Assembly: GCA_003135135.1 (NCBI GenBank)
Contig: PLDK01000003.1
Span: 1,492 to 65,491 of the forward strand
Origin: Deltaproteobacteria bacterium
GTDB taxonomy: Bacteria > Desulfobacterota > Binatia > Binatales > Binataceae
DNA length: 64,000 nt
Direction: 5' to 3'
The position numbers and the translations under genes are program-made. Positions 59,717 through 64,000 of this stretch are shown piece by piece. The first letter of the stretch is position 1. Every line of letters begins with the position of its first letter. The notes below the pieces were generated by a model, which saw only the letters and a program-made list of their open reading frames with translations, was not told where the DNA came from and made no database searches.

Positions 59717-60934
59717 TCAAAAGAAGTCCCTCACCCAATCGCTAAGTCGCGAGCGCAGCCGTCCCAGCCGGCCCGTTCTTCCCACCCCGTTGCCAATTCC
59801 ACCCGCCGCGCTCTGGTGCAGCAGCAATCCCGCGGCCGTCGTGTACATCGGCTTCATCAGTTCTTCGGGCAGCCCCTTGAGGTTGATCGGAAGTCCGCGC
59901 CGCACCGGCACGCCGAAGATGCGCTCGGCCAGTTCCTGCGTGCCCTCCAGCAGCGAGGTGCCTCCGACCAGCACCACGCCCGAGGCAAGACCGTCGGAAA
60001 CCCCCGAGCGCAGCAGCTCGCGCTGCACCATCGTGAAAATCTCTTCCATCCGCGGCTCGATTATTTCGCCGAGCAAGCGGCGCGCGATCACCCGCGGTTC
60101 GCGTCCGCCGACCCCCGGCACCTGGACCATCTCTTCGCGGCGCACGACCTGGTTGGTCGCCACGCCGAAGGTAATCTTGAGCCGCTCCGCTTCGGAAATC
60201 GGCGTGCGCAATCCCGCGGCGATATCGCTGGTAAGATGGTTTCCGCCAACAGGCAGCACCGCGGTATGCATCACCGCGCCGCCATGAAACACGATGATGT
60301 CGGTGGTGCCGCCGCCCAGATCGATCAGCGCCACTCCGAGCTCGCGTTCCTCCGGAAACAGCGCCGCGTCCGCCGACGCCAGCGGCTGGAAGACCATCTC
60401 CGATGGCGTGACGCCCGCGCGCTCGCAGCACTTGGTGAGATTCTGGCCGTAGCTCTGCGCCGCGGTCACGATATGAATGCGCGCCTCGAGGCGCACTCCC
60501 GCCATCCCGCACGGCTCGCGCACGCCTTCCTGCTCATCGACCGCAAACTGCTGCGGCAGGATATGCAGCACTTGCCGATCGAGCGGGATTGCGACCGCGC
60601 GCGCCGCATCGATCACTCGATCCACATCGCGCGAACTGACTTCACCGCCGCGCACCGCGACGATCCCGTGGCTGTTGAGGCCCTTTATATGCGGTCCCGC
60701 AATCCCAACCACGGCCGAACCGACCCGCACGCCGGAAGTTTTCTCCGCTTCCGCGACCGCCAATCGGATCGCATCGACCGTCGCCTCGATATTGACCACC
60801 ACGCCCTTGCGCAACCCCGTGCACGGCGCGATGCCGTAACCGAGCGTCGCCAATTGGCCGTCGGGCAGCGACTCGCCGACGATTGCGCATACTTTGCTGG
60901 TGCCGACGTCCAATCCGGTGAGCAGATTTCTCAT
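59717..60934 (-). CDS. ftsA: cell division protein FtsA
   Basis: [21 protein letters not shown] and [10 protein letters not shown] motifs. Confidence 0.96.
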   Translation of the reverse strand: MRNLLTGLDVGTSKVCAIVGESLPDGQLATLGYGIAPCTGLRKGVVVNIEATVDAIRLAVAEAEKTSGVRVGSAVVGIAGPHIKGLNSHGIVAVRGGEVSSRDVDRVIDAARAVAIPLDRQVLHILPQQFAVDEQEGVREPCGMAGVRLEARIHIVTAAQSYGQNLTKCCERAGVTPSEMVFQPLASADAALFPEERELGVALIDLGGGTTDIIVFHGGAVMHTAVLPVGGNHLTSDIAAGLRTPISEAERLKITFGVATNQVVRREEMVQVPGVGGREPRVIARRLLGEIIEPRMEEIFTMVQRELLRSGVSDGLASGVVLVGGTSLLEGTQELAERIFGVPVRRGLPINLKGLPEELMKPMYTTAAGLLLHQSAAGGIGNGVGRTGRLGRLRSRLSDWVRDFF

Positions 60935-61725
60935 CGCGTCACGGACTCCCCGCTCGGCTGGAGCGAAACTTTTCGAATCCCGGCTTTATGTTTTGAGTGG
61001 TTACCCTCGCCTGCATGCAGGCGCACGACCACCAGCCCCGGCGTAGTCAAATCGAGCGCGGCGATCAGGTTCTCGCGCCCCCGCCATTGCTGGCGCACCT
61101 TAGTCGCGCGCTGAAGTTCCGTCGTCGCGCGATCGAGATCGATCACCACTTCGGTGCGCTCGCGTTCCAGAAAAAGCGACGCGGTCGCGTCATCATTAAT
61201 TCGCATTTCCGAGATAATTTCGGAGAGCTGCGCCTCCGCGCGCACCAGCACCGCCGCATAATCGACCATCTGTGGTCCGCGCGCGTTGTCGAGCGCCGCG
61301 CCGCTCAGCACCGGCAGATCGCCCTGCACCCCGGGCGAGACCGGCCCGCGCAGCTCGCCGCCGCTGAACAGCTCGTAGAAGCCGTCGCGGCGCTCGACGA
61401 TCGCGATCGCGCCTTCACGCACGTCGCCCGCCGCCAGCGCCGCGCCGCCCGGTTCGTGGCTGGCGCGATGGTAAATTCCGGCGCGTCCGGCCCACTGGGT
61501 CAGCAACGCCGGGTAGCTCGCGGCGGCAGTGCGCGCGGGCGCGAGCGAATCCATTATTTGATTTCGATATGAGCTGAGGGTCGCGCAAGCTCTGAGCGCG
61601 ATTGCGCGGCCGGCCGTGCTGAATCCCGTCATCACGCCCAGCGTAAAAAAGGCGCACACGACCAGCCCGCCCAACCGCGGGCTCCATCCTGCCACCACCC
61701 TGCTTCCACCGCTGCGAACCGCCAC
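60931..61725 (-). CDS. FtsQ/DivIB-like protein (divergent)
   Basis: Position between murB and ftsA; one N-terminal TM; DLPVLSG and C-terminal LDLT.PG.VVVR resemble FtsQ. Confidence 0.6.
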   Translation of the reverse strand: MAVRSGGSRVVAGWSPRLGGLVVCAFFTLGVMTGFSTAGRAIALRACATLSSYRNQIMDSLAPARTAAASYPALLTQWAGRAGIYHRASHEPGGAALAAGDVREGAIAIVERRDGFYELFSGGELRGPVSPGVQGDLPVLSGAALDNARGPQMVDYAAVLVRAEAQLSEIISEMRINDDATASLFLERERTEVVIDLDRATTELQRATKVRQQWRGRENLIAALDLTTPGLVVVRLHAGEGNHSKHKAGIRKVSLQPSGESVTR

Positions 61726-61745
61726 CCCGCCACCTCAATCCCGCG

Positions 61746-62648
61746 TCACCAATCGCCGACCAGCTTAACCTCCGGTTCAAGCCAGACGCCGCTCTGCTCC
61801 TTGACCTTGTTGCGCGCCATGTCGATCAGCGCGCGCACTTCCGCGGCCTGAGCACCGCCAAGATTCACGATAAAATTTGCATGCTGATCGGAAAAAGCCG
61901 CGCCGCCCAGCCGCGTCCCCTTCAGACCCGCGCCTTCCAACAGCTTCCCCGCAAAATTGCCGGGCGGATTCTTGAAGATCGATCCCGCATTCGGCACGCC
62001 ACGCGGCTGGCGCGACGCACGCCTGGCCTTCAGCTCCGCGACTCGCGCCATCAGCTGTGCGCGATCGCCGCGAGCAAGCTCGAAATCGACGCGCGTGATT
62101 ACGAAGTGCGCCGGCAGCTCGGTGCGCCGGTATGCGAACTTGACTTCGTCCCTGGTCAGCGCAATCGCCTCGCCAGCCTCGCTGACGCCGTGGACCAGCG
62201 TGACCACCTTGGCGATTTCGCCGCCGAACGCGCCCGCGTTCATCACCAATCCGCCGCCGACCGTGCCGGGAATGCCCTCGCCGAATTCGAGCCCCTCAAG
62301 ACCCTGATCGACGACCGCCTGGACCAGGGCGCCGAACGCGGCAGCAGCGCCCGCGACGACTTTCGTGTCGTCAATTTTTATTTTGCCGAAGCCATCGCCA
62401 AGCCTCACGACCAACCCGCGCACCCCGCGATCGCTCACCAGCAGATTGGTCCCCGCGCCGAGGCACAAGCACGGCGGGCCAGCGCGATACGCCGCCGCCT
62501 TCGCGTGCATCAGCTCGGCTTCGTCCTCGACGGTGACGAACAAGTCCGCGGGCCCGCCAATGCGAAACGACGTCAGCTCGGCCAGCGGCATCGCGCAGCG
62601 GACTCGCTCGCCAAATTTCTCGCGCAGCTCGCGTTCAAGCGCCTTCAT
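61746..62648 (-). CDS. murB: UDP-N-acetylenolpyruvoylglucosamine reductase
   Basis: TSFRIGGPA, GTNLLVSD, GIPGTVGG..MNAGA, GSIFKNP and HANFIVN motifs. Confidence 0.96.
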   Translation of the reverse strand: MKALERELREKFGERVRCAMPLAELTSFRIGGPADLFVTVEDEAELMHAKAAAYRAGPPCLCLGAGTNLLVSDRGVRGLVVRLGDGFGKIKIDDTKVVAGAAAAFGALVQAVVDQGLEGLEFGEGIPGTVGGGLVMNAGAFGGEIAKVVTLVHGVSEAGEAIALTRDEVKFAYRRTELPAHFVITRVDFELARGDRAQLMARVAELKARRASRQPRGVPNAGSIFKNPPGNFAGKLLEGAGLKGTRLGGAAFSDQHANFIVNLGGAQAAEVRALIDMARNKVKEQSGVWLEPEVKLVGDW

Positions 62649-64000
62649 GGATTTTGACCTCGGCGCTGAGCGCGTCCAGTACTTCGCCGCCCATCTTGTA
62701 GATATCGCCGGCGCCTAAAGTCGCGATCACGTCGCCCGCGCGCGAGCCTGACGCGATGCGCGCGGCGGGATCTTCCTCGGCGCCGAGGTAATGCACTTCG
62801 AGATGCCCCCGCGCACGCAACGCCTCGTACAGACGCCGCGCGGAGACATCGGCAATCGGCTCCTCGCCGGCCGGATACACGTCGAACAGGTAGAGCACGT
62901 CGGCATCGTCGAATGCCGACAGAAAATCGTCGAACAAATCGCGCAGCCGGGTGTATCGATGCGGCTGAAAGACTGCCACTACCCGGCGCTTGAACGATGC
63001 GCGCACCGCGGCCAGGGTGGCGCGCACCTCCGCCGGATGATGCGCATAGTCGTCGAGCACAATTCGCCCGGCCGCTTCGCCCTTGATCTCGAATCGCCGG
63101 CTGATTCCGCCGAACTTCGCCAGTGCCGACGCCGCACGCTCGAAACTGATTCCAATTTCCATCGCGACTGCGATCGCCGCGAGTGAGTTCATCGCAACAT
63201 GCACGCCCGGCGTCGGTATCGTCACTGTGCCAAGATGCTCGCCATTGCGAATCACCTCGAAGCGAGTGGAAAGACCGTCGATTACGATCTTCTCGGCGCG
63301 CAGATCCGCGTCCTGCGCAACACCGTAGGTCACCATCGGCTTGCGAATCGACGCCATCAGGCCGCGCACGTTCACACTGTCGATTCCCAGCACGGCAACG
63401 CCGTAGAACGGCACCCGGTTGATAAAGTCCGCAAACGCCTGCCGCACGCGATCCATCGTGCCGTAGTGATCGAGATGTTCCGGATCGATGTTCGTCACCA
63501 CCGCGATCGTCGGGATCAGCAGCAGAAACGATGCGTCGCTCTCGTCGGCCTCGGCAACCATGAAATCGCCGCGCCCCAGCCGGACGTTGGTGCCCGTGTT
63601 GCGAATATTTCCGCCCACCGCGACCGTGGGATCAAGGTCTGCTTCTTCCATGATCAACGCGATCAGACCGGTCGTGGTCGTCTTGCCATGAGTCCCCGCG
63701 ACCGCCACGCCGAGCTTGGCCATCCGCAGCAGCTCACCGAGCATCTCGGCGCGTGCGATTACCGGAATTTTCAGCTCGCGCGCTCGCGCAACTTCAGGAT
63801 TCGAAAATTTTATCGCCGACGAGATTACCACCGCGTCGATACCAGCCTCATCCTTCAGATGCGCCGGATGATGCCCCTGGCTGATTTGCGCACCCAGCGA
63901 CGCGAGCCGCGTGATCGTCGCCGATGGTTTCACATCGCATCCGCTGACCCGCATCCCGAGCTTCAGGCACAGTTCGGCGATTCCGCTCATGCCCGCGCCG
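62635..64000 (-). CDS. murC: UDP-N-acetylmuramate--L-alanine ligase (5' end outside the window)
   Basis: GAGMSGIA, GTHGKTTT, EADESD, DDYAHHP and FQPHRYTR motifs. Confidence 0.96.
   Translation of the reverse strand, partial: GAGMSGIAELCLKLGMRVSGCDVKPSATITRLASLGAQISQGHHPAHLKDEAGIDAVVISSAIKFSNPEVARARELKIPVIARAEMLGELLRMAKLGVAVAGTHGKTTTTGLIALIMEEADLDPTVAVGGNIRNTGTNVRLGRGDFMVAEADESDASFLLLIPTIAVVTNIDPEHLDHYGTMDRVRQAFADFINRVPFYGVAVLGIDSVNVRGLMASIRKPMVTYGVAQDADLRAEKIVIDGLSTRFEVIRNGEHLGTVTIPTPGVHVAMNSLAAIAVAMEIGISFERAASALAKFGGISRRFEIKGEAAGRIVLDDYAHHPAEVRATLAAVRASFKRRVVAVFQPHRYTRLRDLFDDFLSAFDDADVLYLFDVYPAGEEPIADVSARRLYEALRARGHLEVHYLGAEEDPAARIASGSRAGDVIATLGAGDIYKMGGEVLDALSAEVKIHEGA

Overview
High-GC bacterial chromosomal window. 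The gene content suggests a Deltaproteobacteria-like lineage such as Ca. Binatota, but that is an impression I cannot verify. Left to right: a partial PIN-like gene; mocA/xdhC Moco-maturation genes; a Cys-rich secreted protein behind a sensor-less sigma54 activator; a reduced Tad/Flp pilus operon (flp pilin missed by the ORF track, sigma54 promoter, no secretin); pgi; a CHASE3 kinase-receiver-hybrid kinase triad; MaoC and MFS genes. The most notable element follows, next to tRNA-Lys: a lasso-peptide (RiPP) cluster at about 24.0-31.8 kb. It encodes an RRE/PqqD, an AsnB-like cyclase lacking Cys1, a PRMT-fold methyltransferase with a C-terminal RRE-like tail, an unannotated 56-aa precursor (core SGGTAASDGISGQRQIMIG), an HPr-type kinase and a nucleotidyltransferase, but no B2 leader peptidase is visible. 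After it come a second sensor-less sigma54 activator, a ba3-type oxidase with an unannotated subunit IIa, a GT2/sqdB/sulfotransferase glycan locus, a CYTH protein with two chromate-transporter halves, a tandem duplication of DUF1329 genes beside tRNA-Glu, panE, a JAB peptidase, malic enzyme/PEPCK and the distal dcw cluster (murC-murB-ftsQ-like-ftsA-ftsZ). Several REP/MITE-like repeats are intergenic. No CRISPR array, integrase or transposase was seen. All family calls come from motif recognition by eye, not database searches.
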